Source: Candidatus Saccharimonadia bacterium
GTDB taxonomy: Bacteria; Patescibacteriota; Saccharimonadia; Saccharimonadales; Saccharimonadaceae
Reading direction: 5' to 3'
DNA length: 53,137 bases
Assembly: GCA_023262335.1 (NCBI GenBank)
Contig: JALRBE010000001.1
Span: 1-53,137 of the forward strand
The position numbers and the translations under genes were made by a program. Below the pieces are notes generated by a model. It was given only the letters and a program-made list of their open reading frames with translations. It was not told the DNA's origin and did not search any database. The stretch's first letter is position 1, and each line of letters starts with the position of its first letter. Below, in pieces: positions 9,245 through 18,331 of this stretch.

Positions 9245-9657
9245 ATGACGTCGCACATGAACTTTTAAACGGGCAGATGTTATGCGTGGTGGCGACGAAC
9301 GGCGCTGACGGCTACCCGAATGCCGCCTCGGTGGCGTTTTCGCATACGAATGACTTCGCGTTCGTGTTCGCGACCGACAACGGGACGCGCAAGGCGGCGA
9401 ACCTGGAGCGCGATGGCCGTGCTGCCATGACGATTACCGACCAGGTGGCGAAGCGGACGATACAAATAGAAGGGACGGTCACGAAAATCACGAACGAGGA
9501 ATTCGACGCCGATCATGCCGAGCGGCATTTTGGCAAGCTGCCATTCGCGCGTCACTTCAGGAGTAACCCTGCGAATTCGTTTTATATCCTTAAGCCGTCC
9601 TCGATGAAGCTGACCGACATCAACGAAGTGCCGTGGCAGGTCACGAACATCATCTGA
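9241..9657 (+). CDS. pyridoxamine 5'-phosphate oxidase family (FMN-binding split-barrel) protein
   Basis: 138 aa with a pattern typical of small PNPOx-like proteins (ATNGADGYPNAASVAF...). ATGA overlap with the trhO stop. Confidence 0.7.
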   Translation: MNDVAHELLNGQMLCVVATNGADGYPNAASVAFSHTNDFAFVFATDNGTRKAANLERDGRAAMTITDQVAKRTIQIEGTVTKITNEEFDADHAERHFGKLPFARHFRSNPANSFYILKPSSMKLTDINEVPWQVTNII

Positions 9658-9703
9658 CGTCCGCGGTGCTGCGCCCTACCGACGTGAGGCGTATACTGGA
9701 TAC

Positions 9704-10249
9704 ATGAGATACATCGCGCTATTACGAGGCGTCAACGTCGGCGGCAAAAACAAGGTAAGCATGGCAGACCTGAAAGCCACGCTTGAGCAAGACGGTTTTG
9801 AAAACGTCAAGACGTACATCAATAGCGGCAACGTATTGTTCGATAATTCGTCAAAAGACGCGAATGGCATCGCTGAGCGCTGCGAAGCGCTGATAGAAAA
9901 GGCGTTCGGGTTCCCTGTCGCCTGCGTGGTGCTGTCGTCGGTGCAGTACAGGCGAATTGTCGACAACGCGCCGGCATGGTGGGGTCATTCAGACGACAAA
10001 AACCTGCGCAGCGACGCGCTGTTCGTATTGCGGCATGGAACGGCACGGGCGGTCATCGACGCCGTCGGGCCGGTCAACGAAGAATACGAGCACGTGGGGT
10101 CGGCAGCGAACGTCGTGTTCTGGACGGTCGACATGCGGCGGTACGGCAAGGCTCGTTTGCCGAAGATCATTGGCTCCGACGAATACAAAACGGTGTCGAT
10201 GCGCAGCTCGACGACGACGCGCAAGCTCTACGCGCTTTTGGAGGACTGA
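9704..10249 (+). CDS. DUF1697 domain protein
   Basis: The N-terminus MRYIALLRGVNVGGKNKVSMADLK...YINSGNVLF is the hallmark of DUF1697. The ATG is 6 nt after TATACT (9692-9697). Confidence 0.8.
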   Translation: MRYIALLRGVNVGGKNKVSMADLKATLEQDGFENVKTYINSGNVLFDNSSKDANGIAERCEALIEKAFGFPVACVVLSSVQYRRIVDNAPAWWGHSDDKNLRSDALFVLRHGTARAVIDAVGPVNEEYEHVGSAANVVFWTVDMRRYGKARLPKIIGSDEYKTVSMRSSTTTRKLYALLED

Positions 10250-10953
10250 AAAAGCGCTATCCAATCGTCGGCGCTCAACTGTGACGGCCGCATGTTCTTG
10301 GTGAGCGTCACCGGCAGGGTCGCGAAGTACTTCTGCCGGGCGTAGCACCGTTCGACGAACGAGTCATACGCGGGCTTGCTGTTTCTGTCGAGCAACGGGT
10401 CTTTGCGCGGAATGATTTCTATCATAACCGTATCAACTGCCGGATGGGGCCAAAAATCGGTCCGTTCCAATTTGTAGCGGATGCTCGTTTTGAACCACGG
10501 CGCGATCATGGCGCCGAGGAGCCCCGTGAACGAGGCTGTGCCACCGATGATCAGTTTTTTCGCGAACTGTTTTTGTACGATCAAATACGTCGCCGAGGGC
10601 GGCGTGCTGGTATCGGTCAGCTTGCGGAGGATAGGCGAACTCAAATGGAACGGTATGTTCGCGAAGACTTTGTAATCGTTTTTTGGCAAAGGAAGCGTCA
10701 AAAAATCGGCGTTCACGACTTCCACGTTCGGGAACGACGCGACGTTATCGCGCAGCTTTTCGATGACACGCTCATCGTACTCGACGGCGACCACGTTCTT
10801 GCACTCTGTCGCCAGAACTGAGGAAATGACACCGCTGCCGGCGCCGATATCGTAAACGGTGTCGCTTTTCTTCAGGTTACTATGCCCAACCAGCGTGCGA
10901 ACCAATTGGGGCCGACGAATGAAATTTTGTGATTTGAGATGACTGCGCTTCAC
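10228..10953 (-). CDS. erm: Erm-type 23S rRNA (adenine-N6)-methyltransferase
   Basis: 241 aa. Motifs SQNFI, SAM motif DIGAGSG, YKVFANIPFHLSSPILRKL, YLIVQKQFAKKL, FWPHPAVDTVMIEI and a C-terminal LSADDWIALFQSSK align motif for motif with ErmC from memory. GTG start 7 nt after TATACT (10961-10966). Confidence 0.8.
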   Translation of the reverse strand: MKRSHLKSQNFIRRPQLVRTLVGHSNLKKSDTVYDIGAGSGVISSVLATECKNVVAVEYDERVIEKLRDNVASFPNVEVVNADFLTLPLPKNDYKVFANIPFHLSSPILRKLTDTSTPPSATYLIVQKQFAKKLIIGGTASFTGLLGAMIAPWFKTSIRYKLERTDFWPHPAVDTVMIEIIPRKDPLLDRNSKPAYDSFVERCYARQKYFATLPVTLTKNMRPSQLSADDWIALFQSSKSA

Positions 10954-10999
10954 TCGTCATAGTATAAGACACGAAGCGGCTCATGGTAAAATAACGGTA

Positions 11000-11722
11000 A
11001 TGAACAAGGAAACGATAACCGCGTCGCTTGAACGGCGCGCCATGCAAGTGCAGCGCGGTGGCGCCCGTGCGGCGGTGCTCGGCGTGAACGACGGGCTCGT
11101 CAGTACGCTTTGTATCGTCGTTGGCGTGGCCGCGGCAGGCAGCGACAGCGCCCATGTGCTACTCGCGGGCTTCGCAGGGTTGCTTGCGGGTGCCATTTCC
11201 ATGGCGGCCGGCGAATGGATTTCCGTAAAAGCGCAGGTCGAGCTGTTCGAGGGAGTACTGAGCGATCTTCATGACGCGGTTAAGAACGACAGGCCTCTGC
11301 TCGTCAAAAATCTGGCGCTCAGTTTCGAAAAAAACGGCATTGACGAGAAAACGGCGAAGCATGCGGCCGAAGACGTCGCGATGTCGGACAGCAAACTGAT
11401 GGCAATGTACTCTTCTCAGGTGATCGGCATCAACGAAGGCGAGCTCGGATCGCCGTGGGTCGCCGCGGTTTCGTCGTTCGCGCTGTTCACCGCCGGCGCG
11501 ATCGCGCCGCTTGTTCCGTGGGTCATTGGCCTCGGTGGTATTCAGGGAATCATCGTCGCCATCCTATTGACGAGCGTCGGCGCGTTGTTCGTCGGCGGCT
11601 ATACGGCACGATCGAGCGGCAAAAACATTACCTACGGCGCAATCCGCCAGCTGCTCATCGTTCTCTTTGCCGCGCTTGTCACGTACGGCGTCGGTCATCT
11701 GTTTGGCGTCGCAACCGCCTAG
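11000..11722 (+). CDS. VIT1/CCC1 family iron/manganese transporter
   Basis: GVNDGLVSTLCIVVGVA and the repeated TM pattern are typical of VIT-family proteins. The ATG is 7 nt after TGgTAAAAT (10987-10992). Confidence 0.85.
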   Translation: MNKETITASLERRAMQVQRGGARAAVLGVNDGLVSTLCIVVGVAAAGSDSAHVLLAGFAGLLAGAISMAAGEWISVKAQVELFEGVLSDLHDAVKNDRPLLVKNLALSFEKNGIDEKTAKHAAEDVAMSDSKLMAMYSSQVIGINEGELGSPWVAAVSSFALFTAGAIAPLVPWVIGLGGIQGIIVAILLTSVGALFVGGYTARSSGKNITYGAIRQLLIVLFAALVTYGVGHLFGVATA

Positions 11723-11746
11723 GCAGTTATACGCGTATAATAATGA

Positions 11747-13297
11747 GTGATGAATAAGAACCTCGAAGCGAAACTGAAGACCTTGCCGGCAAGCCCTGGC
11801 GTTTATTTTCATAAAAGCGCTTCGGGCGAGATCATTTACGTGGGCAAGGCGGCTGTGCTACGGAACCGTGTGCGCCAATATTTTCAATCGCAACGCGATA
11901 TGGACATAAAAACCAGGGCCTTGGTGGCGGAAATCGAGGACACGGACTGGACAGAAACGGAATCCGAGATCGACGCGTTGTTCCTTGAATCCGAAATGGT
12001 CAAGCGGTATATGCCGCGGTTCAACATTCTTCTTCGGGACGACAAGTCGCAAATGTACGTGCGTATCGACATGAAGAGCGAATGGCCCTACGTTTGTTTC
12101 ACGCGTAATCCGGCGGACGATGGAGCAGACTATTTCGGCCCGTACTACAATGGGTTCGCTATCAAAAAAGCGCTTCGGTATCTTCGTCGCGTGTTTCCGT
12201 ATTACACAAAGCCGCCAAAACAAAGCGAACGTGCGGACCTTGATTCGCATATAGGTCTGAGCCCGGCACATGGTACGACGAGCGAAGAATACAAGGCATC
12301 CCTCCGCAAGCTCATACGGTATTTCGAGGGCGGGCGCAAAAAGCTGGCGCAGGAAATCGAAAAGGAAATGCGCCAAGCGGCGGCAGGCCATGATTTCGAA
12401 ACTGCCGCACGACTGCGTAACCGACTGCGTGACCTTGCCGAATTGCAGCGCAAGATCATGTTCGGCGACCGTGAGTTTTTGGATATTAGCAAAGACAAAG
12501 CGCTGAGCGACTTGGTGACGCTGCTCGGACTGCCGAAGGTGCCCGCGCGGATCGAAGGCTACGACATCAGTCATATGGGCGGCGTGAACGTGGTTGCCAG
12601 CATGGTGGTGTTCACGAACGGGGTGAGCAATCGTAGTGAATATCGCAAGTTCAAAACCAAGATCGAACGTAACGACGATACGGCGAACATGCACGAGACG
12701 TTGCTTCGTCGCTTCAGCGAAAAGAACGTCAAAGCATGGGGTCGACCCGACTTGATACTTGTCGACGGAGGCAAGGGGCAGCTCGACGCGGCAATCAGAG
12801 CTCTTCAGGAGCGCGGCGAGGTAGTGCCTGTCATCAGTATCGCGAAGCGTGAGGAGGAAATCATCGTTGACCCTGTGCGTTCGAACGTGGACGTGGCAAT
12901 GATCGAGAGCCTGCGCAAAACGCCGACCCAGAACGAGTTCGTCGAGGTATCGGGCGGGTATTACGTCGTGAACTTGCATCCGGGTCAGCGCAATGCCGGA
13001 TCGCATTCGAAAAACCTGCGTGCAGGCTCCGTGACGAGCGCTCATTCCGACGCGGTCAGATTGTTCCAGCGGATTCGTGACGAGTCGCATCGGTTCGCGG
13101 TCAGTTATCATACGGTTTTGAAGCGGCAAAAGCAAACAGCTAGCGATCTTGAAGAAATTCCTGGCGTGGGACCGGCGACGCGCAAAAAACTCATTCGCAC
13201 GTTCGGCAGTCTTCGTGCCGTCAAAGCTGCCGACGAGTCGGCACTCGTCGCCGCGATCGGCAAGGACAAGGCCGCGAAAATCAAACCGTATTTATGA
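11747..13297 (+). CDS. uvrC: excinuclease ABC subunit C (compact, 516 aa)
   Basis: GIY-YIG N-terminus (PGVYFHK...IIYVGKA...RVRQY), UVR motif (FETAARLRNRLRDLAELQ) and C-terminal HhH (IPGVGPATRKKLIRTFGS). GTG 11747 / ATG 11750 lie directly after TATAAT (11736-11741). Confidence 0.9.
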   Translation: MMNKNLEAKLKTLPASPGVYFHKSASGEIIYVGKAAVLRNRVRQYFQSQRDMDIKTRALVAEIEDTDWTETESEIDALFLESEMVKRYMPRFNILLRDDKSQMYVRIDMKSEWPYVCFTRNPADDGADYFGPYYNGFAIKKALRYLRRVFPYYTKPPKQSERADLDSHIGLSPAHGTTSEEYKASLRKLIRYFEGGRKKLAQEIEKEMRQAAAGHDFETAARLRNRLRDLAELQRKIMFGDREFLDISKDKALSDLVTLLGLPKVPARIEGYDISHMGGVNVVASMVVFTNGVSNRSEYRKFKTKIERNDDTANMHETLLRRFSEKNVKAWGRPDLILVDGGKGQLDAAIRALQERGEVVPVISIAKREEEIIVDPVRSNVDVAMIESLRKTPTQNEFVEVSGGYYVVNLHPGQRNAGSHSKNLRAGSVTSAHSDAVRLFQRIRDESHRFAVSYHTVLKRQKQTASDLEEIPGVGPATRKKLIRTFGSLRAVKAADESALVAAIGKDKAAKIKPYL

Positions 13298-13313
13298 TAC
13301 GCTTAGTAATGCT

Positions 13314-14528
13314 ATGAAAACGCTTGACGCTTCTTTTTTTGCCGGTAACCGCCGCGCTGCCATGGATAAACTGCAGGGAGGTCTGTTGGTAATTGCCGGC
13401 TATACTGGCATGCAGAAGAGCAACGACGAGGAGTTCCGATTCACTCAGGAATCGAACATGTGGTATTTGACGGGGATCGAGTTCCCTGACTGGTGGCTGA
13501 TCATGGACGGAGGTTCCGGCAAGTCATGGCTGGTCGAGCCGACGATCGACGAGCGGCTACGATTGTTCACCGAAAGCCTTGCTGCCGAGGACGCCAAAGC
13601 GAAGAGCGGGGTCGACACGGTGCTCAGTCGGGATGCTGCCATGACGATGTTGCGCCGCCTGGCCAAAACCCACTCGCTCGTGCATACCGTCGGGCAATCG
13701 CCGTACAGCGAGCATTTCACGTTCGCGCTCAACCCGGCCATCGCCGACATGAAAACGACGCTCGAGCGGACCTTCGTGAAAGTAGAGGATTTTAGGCTCC
13801 CGTTGGCCCGCCTTCGGGCAATCAAGCAGCCCGTGGAAATCGACGCCATGCAAAAGGCGATCGACGTGACCATGGCAGGATTATCGCAGGTCAAAGAAAA
13901 CTTGCAGTCGTACCGTCATGAATACGACATTGATGCCGAGCTGGGGTACGCGTTCCGGAAGGCTGGCGGAACGCACGGGTTCGACCCTATCGTCGCGAGC
14001 GGCAAGAATGCTACCGTCGCGCATTATTTTCAGAACAACGCCGCGTTGAAAAAAGGGACGTTCGTCATGATGGACGTCGGCGCGAAACTGAACGGTTATC
14101 CTGCCGACCTGACGCGCACGTTCGCATATGGCAAGCCGACGAAGCGCATGGCAAGCGTGCACGAGGCCGTCCGTATCATGCAGGCCGAAATCATCGAACT
14201 CATAAAACCGGGCGTGTCGCTTGAGGAATACCAGCGCGAGTCTGACGCTATTATCAAGAGAGAAATGATCAAGCTTGGGGTCATGAACGGACCGGATGAC
14301 GAGCAAGCGTTCAGGCGTCATATGCCGCATGCGCTAAGCCATGGCCTCGGCATCGACGTGCACGACGCGCTCGGAAGGCCGCGCGAGTTCCAGCCCGGCA
14401 TGGTGCTAACGGTCGAGCCGGGCGTGTATTTGCAAGACGAAGGAATCGGCGTCCGCATAGAAGACGACATACTCGTGACGGAATCGGGCAAGAAAAACAT
14501 GAGCGCGAAGCTCTCGACAACCTTTTAG
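13314..14528 (+). CDS. Xaa-Pro aminopeptidase (M24B family)
   Basis: Creatinase-like N-terminal domain plus M24 metal ligands (MMDVGA..., HGLGIDVHD, LTVEPG, RIEDD). Start at MKTLDASFF; the track ORF upstream extension overlaps uvrC. Confidence 0.85.
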   Translation: MKTLDASFFAGNRRAAMDKLQGGLLVIAGYTGMQKSNDEEFRFTQESNMWYLTGIEFPDWWLIMDGGSGKSWLVEPTIDERLRLFTESLAAEDAKAKSGVDTVLSRDAAMTMLRRLAKTHSLVHTVGQSPYSEHFTFALNPAIADMKTTLERTFVKVEDFRLPLARLRAIKQPVEIDAMQKAIDVTMAGLSQVKENLQSYRHEYDIDAELGYAFRKAGGTHGFDPIVASGKNATVAHYFQNNAALKKGTFVMMDVGAKLNGYPADLTRTFAYGKPTKRMASVHEAVRIMQAEIIELIKPGVSLEEYQRESDAIIKREMIKLGVMNGPDDEQAFRRHMPHALSHGLGIDVHDALGRPREFQPGMVLTVEPGVYLQDEGIGVRIEDDILVTESGKKNMSAKLSTTF

Positions 14529-14552
14529 GCGGCAAGGTATACTGGTGCGTAC

Positions 14553-14945
14553 ATGATACGACGGCAATTTGGAATCTTTCTTGTTCGGTGGCTGCTCAAT
14601 TCGTTCGGGCTATGGGTTGCGGTTCGGTTGCTCGGTACGGGGTACAGCGAAGCGCAAGTCGAATCAGGCATCGCGCTCTTCTTGCTTGCAGGCCTCATCT
14701 TTTCGGTCATCAACAGCGTCATCAAGCCTATCGTGGTCATCTTCTCGCTGCCAGCCATTCTTATCACGCTCGGTTTGTTCATGCTCGTCGTGAACGGCCT
14801 CATGGTCTACTTGTCGGTCATACTGACTCCGGGACTCGAAATGTCGTTCTTTAACTCGATTCTTACCGGAATGATATTAAGTTTGATAAACTATATAGTA
14901 AGTAGCGTGTTCGAACTAAACGGACGCCAAAGGGAGAGAATATGA
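14553..14945 (+). CDS. phage-holin-family-IV-like membrane protein (four TM)
   Basis: 130 aa with four hydrophobic helices and a LNSFGLWVA...INSVIKPIVVIFSLP pattern typical of the Phage_holin_4_2 family. TATACT at 14538-14543 lies upstream. Confidence 0.65.
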   Translation: MIRRQFGIFLVRWLLNSFGLWVAVRLLGTGYSEAQVESGIALFLLAGLIFSVINSVIKPIVVIFSLPAILITLGLFMLVVNGLMVYLSVILTPGLEMSFFNSILTGMILSLINYIVSSVFELNGRQRERI

Positions 14946-15169
14946 CAGTTGATGGAATCTTACAATTCGTGACGATAGCGTCGGGAGTGCTCATGGTGGC
15001 AAGTATCCTGCTGCAGCAGCGGGGCGCGAGCCTTGGCGCTGGGTTCGGTAGCTCAGGCGAGCTGTACACGACTCGTCGCGGACTCGACAAGAACCTGTTC
15101 GAAGCGACGATCGTGCTTGCGGTCGTGTTCGTGCTGTCAATCCTCACGGGACTGCTTCTTCCTGCCTGA
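14942..15169 (+). CDS. secG: preprotein translocase subunit SecG
   Basis: 75 aa, two TM helices and the conserved LLQQ.GA.LGA.FG core. ATGA overlap with the upstream gene. Confidence 0.75.
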   Translation: MTVDGILQFVTIASGVLMVASILLQQRGASLGAGFGSSGELYTTRRGLDKNLFEATIVLAVVFVLSILTGLLLPA

Positions 15170-15181
15170 CTTCGGTAGCTG

Positions 15182-16969
15182 ATGACCATGGGTGACGACG
15201 ACAAAAGGGTGTGGAACCGGTTGGAGCTCAAACATCGCTCCAAAAAACTGAAAAAACACGCGCGCAAAGCCGAGAACGCGACGGTTCGTCATGCCAAGCG
15301 ATTCGTCGTTAACCGCTGGGAGAACATTCGGGAAGTACGCCTGCATATTATATTGTGGCTGAGCGGCGTCGGGTTGTTGATCGCGCTCGTTGGCCTGCAA
15401 ATGTTATGGTTCCAGCAAAGTTACGTAACCAAAGCCCCAACGAACGGTGGTACGTACGCCGAAGCCGTGAAGGGTCCGATTACCACGCTGAACCCTTTGT
15501 ATGCCACGACTCCGGCAGAGGTAGCGGCGGGGCGGTTGCTATTCTCGTCGCTTTACCAGCTGGACGCTTCGGGTAATGTCAAGGGAGACATCGCCACGAG
15601 CATGACGAACGAAGCGGACAAGACGTTTACCGTGTCGCTTCGCAAGGACGTCCGTTGGCACGACCGGTTGCCACTCAATGCCGACGACGTCATATTCACC
15701 GTGAATCTCATGAAGAACCCGGCGGCACGTTCGACGATGACGGCGAGCTGGCGGGGCATCGAGGCGCAAAAGGTCGACGAATATACGGTAAGGTTCCAGT
15801 TACCTGCGTCGTACGCGGCATTTCCGCACGCGCTGACGTTCGCGATACTTCCTCAACATCTTCTGAAGTCGGTGGAGCCGGCGAGCCTTCGGGAGAGCGG
15901 CTTTAGCGACGCGCCTATCGGCAGCGGACCCTTCTCGCTCCGTCTTCTGCAAAACATAGGCACGGGAACCGGTCGCAAGGTCGTTCACATGGTTTCGAAC
16001 AAGGATCACTACGCTGGTCAGCCACGCTTGGACAGGTTGCAGATTCACGCGTACGGCGACGACGATTCGTTTGCTCGCGCCCTGCGTACCGGCGAGGTCA
16101 GCGCGGCAAGCGACGTGTCGGGCGCCGTCGCGAGCTCGGTCGACAAAAGCAGGTACGACGTTATCATGAAGCCGATTAACAACGGGGTGTATGCCATTTT
16201 TAATACCACCCAGCCGTTGCTCGCTAACGCGCAGGTGCGCCGTGCACTGCAAGCAGGTACGAATACCCAGGCGATTCGTGACGATTTGTACGGCAAACCG
16301 CAAGCGATGCATCTTCCGTTCGCGGTTCGCCAGGTTGATGGCAGCGACGCCTTGGCTGCGCCAAAATACGACAAGGCCGCCGCAGCGAAGCTGCTCGCGG
16401 AGGCAGGCTGGACCATGAAGGACGGCATACTGAAAAAAGGCGAGGAAACATTGCAACTGCGCGTCGTTACCCGCAAGAACAGCGATTACGAGAAGGCGCT
16501 TGGAGCGCTTGCCGGCCAGTGGCGTCAGTTAGGGATCGACGTACTTGTCCAGGTGGTCGATACCACGAGTACCGGCCAGAACTTCACGCAGCAGATTTTG
16601 CAAGAGCGGAACTACGACGTGTTGCTTGACGAGCTCGTGATAGGCCCTGACCCGGACGTGTTCGCGTATTGGCACTCAAAGGGGTTGTTGAATTTCTCAA
16701 GCTATAGCAACCAAGTTAGCGACGATGCGCTATCCAGTGCCAGAACCCGATCGGACGAAGCGCTGCGTGCGGTAAAGTACGCTGCCTTCGCCAAGCAGTG
16801 GTTGGCGGACGCCCCGGCTATCGGCTTGTACCAGTCTGATTTCATCTATGTTCGGAACAAAGCTGCCCGGTCCGTGACTCCAGACGAAATAATCGTCGAT
16901 CCCAACGAGCATTACGCCACGGTTCGGTATTGGACTGCCGATCAAAGCGAAACGTTCAAAACGCCTTAG
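15182..16969 (+). CDS. ABC transporter substrate-binding protein, family 5 (peptide/nickel type), N-terminally membrane anchored
   Basis: 595 aa. A basic N-terminus and one TM helix (HIILWLSGVGLLIALVGL) are followed by an SBP_bac_5-like body. No permease or ATPase genes are adjacent. Confidence 0.8.
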   Translation: MTMGDDDKRVWNRLELKHRSKKLKKHARKAENATVRHAKRFVVNRWENIREVRLHIILWLSGVGLLIALVGLQMLWFQQSYVTKAPTNGGTYAEAVKGPITTLNPLYATTPAEVAAGRLLFSSLYQLDASGNVKGDIATSMTNEADKTFTVSLRKDVRWHDRLPLNADDVIFTVNLMKNPAARSTMTASWRGIEAQKVDEYTVRFQLPASYAAFPHALTFAILPQHLLKSVEPASLRESGFSDAPIGSGPFSLRLLQNIGTGTGRKVVHMVSNKDHYAGQPRLDRLQIHAYGDDDSFARALRTGEVSAASDVSGAVASSVDKSRYDVIMKPINNGVYAIFNTTQPLLANAQVRRALQAGTNTQAIRDDLYGKPQAMHLPFAVRQVDGSDALAAPKYDKAAAAKLLAEAGWTMKDGILKKGEETLQLRVVTRKNSDYEKALGALAGQWRQLGIDVLVQVVDTTSTGQNFTQQILQERNYDVLLDELVIGPDPDVFAYWHSKGLLNFSSYSNQVSDDALSSARTRSDEALRAVKYAAFAKQWLADAPAIGLYQSDFIYVRNKAARSVTPDEIIVDPNEHYATVRYWTADQSETFKTP

Positions 16970-18153
16970 GGCCGTTGTGCTGACCGGCGCAACGTAACCA
17001 AGATCGCGAGCCATAGGCCAAAACCGATGACAAGGACCGCGATGCCAAAAATGACGTACCCGACCTGATACCCGTATTGGCTGACGTACTGGGTAAGGAG
17101 CGTGATCGCGATGATATCGCCAAAGAGGGTGAACAGGTTGAGCGCCGACAGGAGCGTCGCTTTGTACGTATGCTTGATGTCGTTGAGCATTTTTGCCTGG
17201 AAAACGATCATCCTGACGCGCGTGTAGCCTGCGAAAAGCGTAAATGCGCCGATCGTCACGACAGGGTTGGTCGTCGCGCCGATCCCGACGAGACAAAGCA
17301 TGATGACGATGAGATCGAACAAGTAGAACGCGGCCGGTTTCAATCTGTCGAGCACGTGGACGTACCAGCCCATGACGGCACCGGCCAAGCTGGAGAGCGC
17401 TAAGATGAATCCGAACCAGGCGACAGCGATACTGATATCCTGAAAAACGAGTTCCCTGAATTCTCCGCCCTTGTTAGAAATGCCAGAGAGAAAACCGCAG
17501 AACACGAACAAAGCGGCGTTTTCGAGGGTGACGATGCTTTTGACCGCGTTCAGCGGGTTCTTTTTCTTTTTGTACGTCTCATCGCCTTTGGGGTATTCGA
17601 AGCTTATTGTCAGCCAAAGCATGGCTACGAGCGAGAAGAACCCGAGGATGAAGGGTAACGAGTGATGAATGGAGTAAGTGAGTGGCACCAAAGCGACCAA
17701 TAGCACGTTGCCAATAAGCCCGTAGGTTTGCGCCCGGCCCATGACCTTCGTATAGTCCTTTTCGCGCTTGAGCGCATGAAGGGTGTCATGCATGAAGGCC
17801 TCTATGGCACCCGCTTGGAACGCGTAGCCTCCGAAAAACAGCAGGGATGCCAAAAGCCCGCCCCAGAAGTTCGGCATGAACGCGTAGAACAGCGGTGAGG
17901 TCACGGCAATCGCGGCGCCGAGAATGATCGACTTGCGATTACCGATTTTGTCAGCTACGTAGCCCGACGGCAGTTGGAGCAGGCCCTGCGCGAGTGACGA
18001 AACGACCACGATGATCGCGAGTTCCTCGACCGTCACCTGGCCGACGTTCACGAGCTGTATGGTAATGAGCGGCAGGTAGACCCGCTTGGTGAATATCTTA
18101 TACCAAGAGTATTTTACGATGTTTTTTTCAAGCCTGCGTTCGTATGCGCTCAT
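16966..18153 (-). CDS. MFS transporter
   Basis: 395 aa, about 12 TM helices, MFS loop motif GYVADKIGNRKS. The ATG is 6 nt after TGcTAGAAT (18160-18165). Confidence 0.85.
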   Translation of the reverse strand: MSAYERRLEKNIVKYSWYKIFTKRVYLPLITIQLVNVGQVTVEELAIIVVVSSLAQGLLQLPSGYVADKIGNRKSIILGAAIAVTSPLFYAFMPNFWGGLLASLLFFGGYAFQAGAIEAFMHDTLHALKREKDYTKVMGRAQTYGLIGNVLLVALVPLTYSIHHSLPFILGFFSLVAMLWLTISFEYPKGDETYKKKKNPLNAVKSIVTLENAALFVFCGFLSGISNKGGEFRELVFQDISIAVAWFGFILALSSLAGAVMGWYVHVLDRLKPAAFYLFDLIVIMLCLVGIGATTNPVVTIGAFTLFAGYTRVRMIVFQAKMLNDIKHTYKATLLSALNLFTLFGDIIAITLLTQYVSQYGYQVGYVIFGIAVLVIGFGLWLAILVTLRRSAQRP

Positions 18154-18331
18154 GGAAAGATTCTAGCATAGGAGAGCGGTCTTTGTTTGCAATATGATGG
18201 CGGTACCATATAATGACTACATTACTTATGCTTAGTGGCCGCGTGGCGCGGTCGTGACGCATCATAAGTTGGACGTGATCCAGGGAAGAGCAGGCGCAGG
18301 CGTCGCCGAGAAACGGAACGAACAGCAATAC

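Noticed and set aside
11858-13135. A 425-aa ORF antisense to uvrC. Similar long antisense ORFs in the track are 1401-2516(+), 2431-3216(+), 7011-8000(-), 8303-9256(-), 18222-19181(-), 20034-20684(-), 28602-29330(-), 31559-32461(-), 32806-33585(+), 35206-36048(+) and 39296-40117(-).
   Set aside because: Each lies opposite a gene with clear family motifs. Their products are Arg/Ala/Pro/His-rich with no recognisable motifs or expression signals. Long open antisense frames are expected in GC-rich coding DNA.
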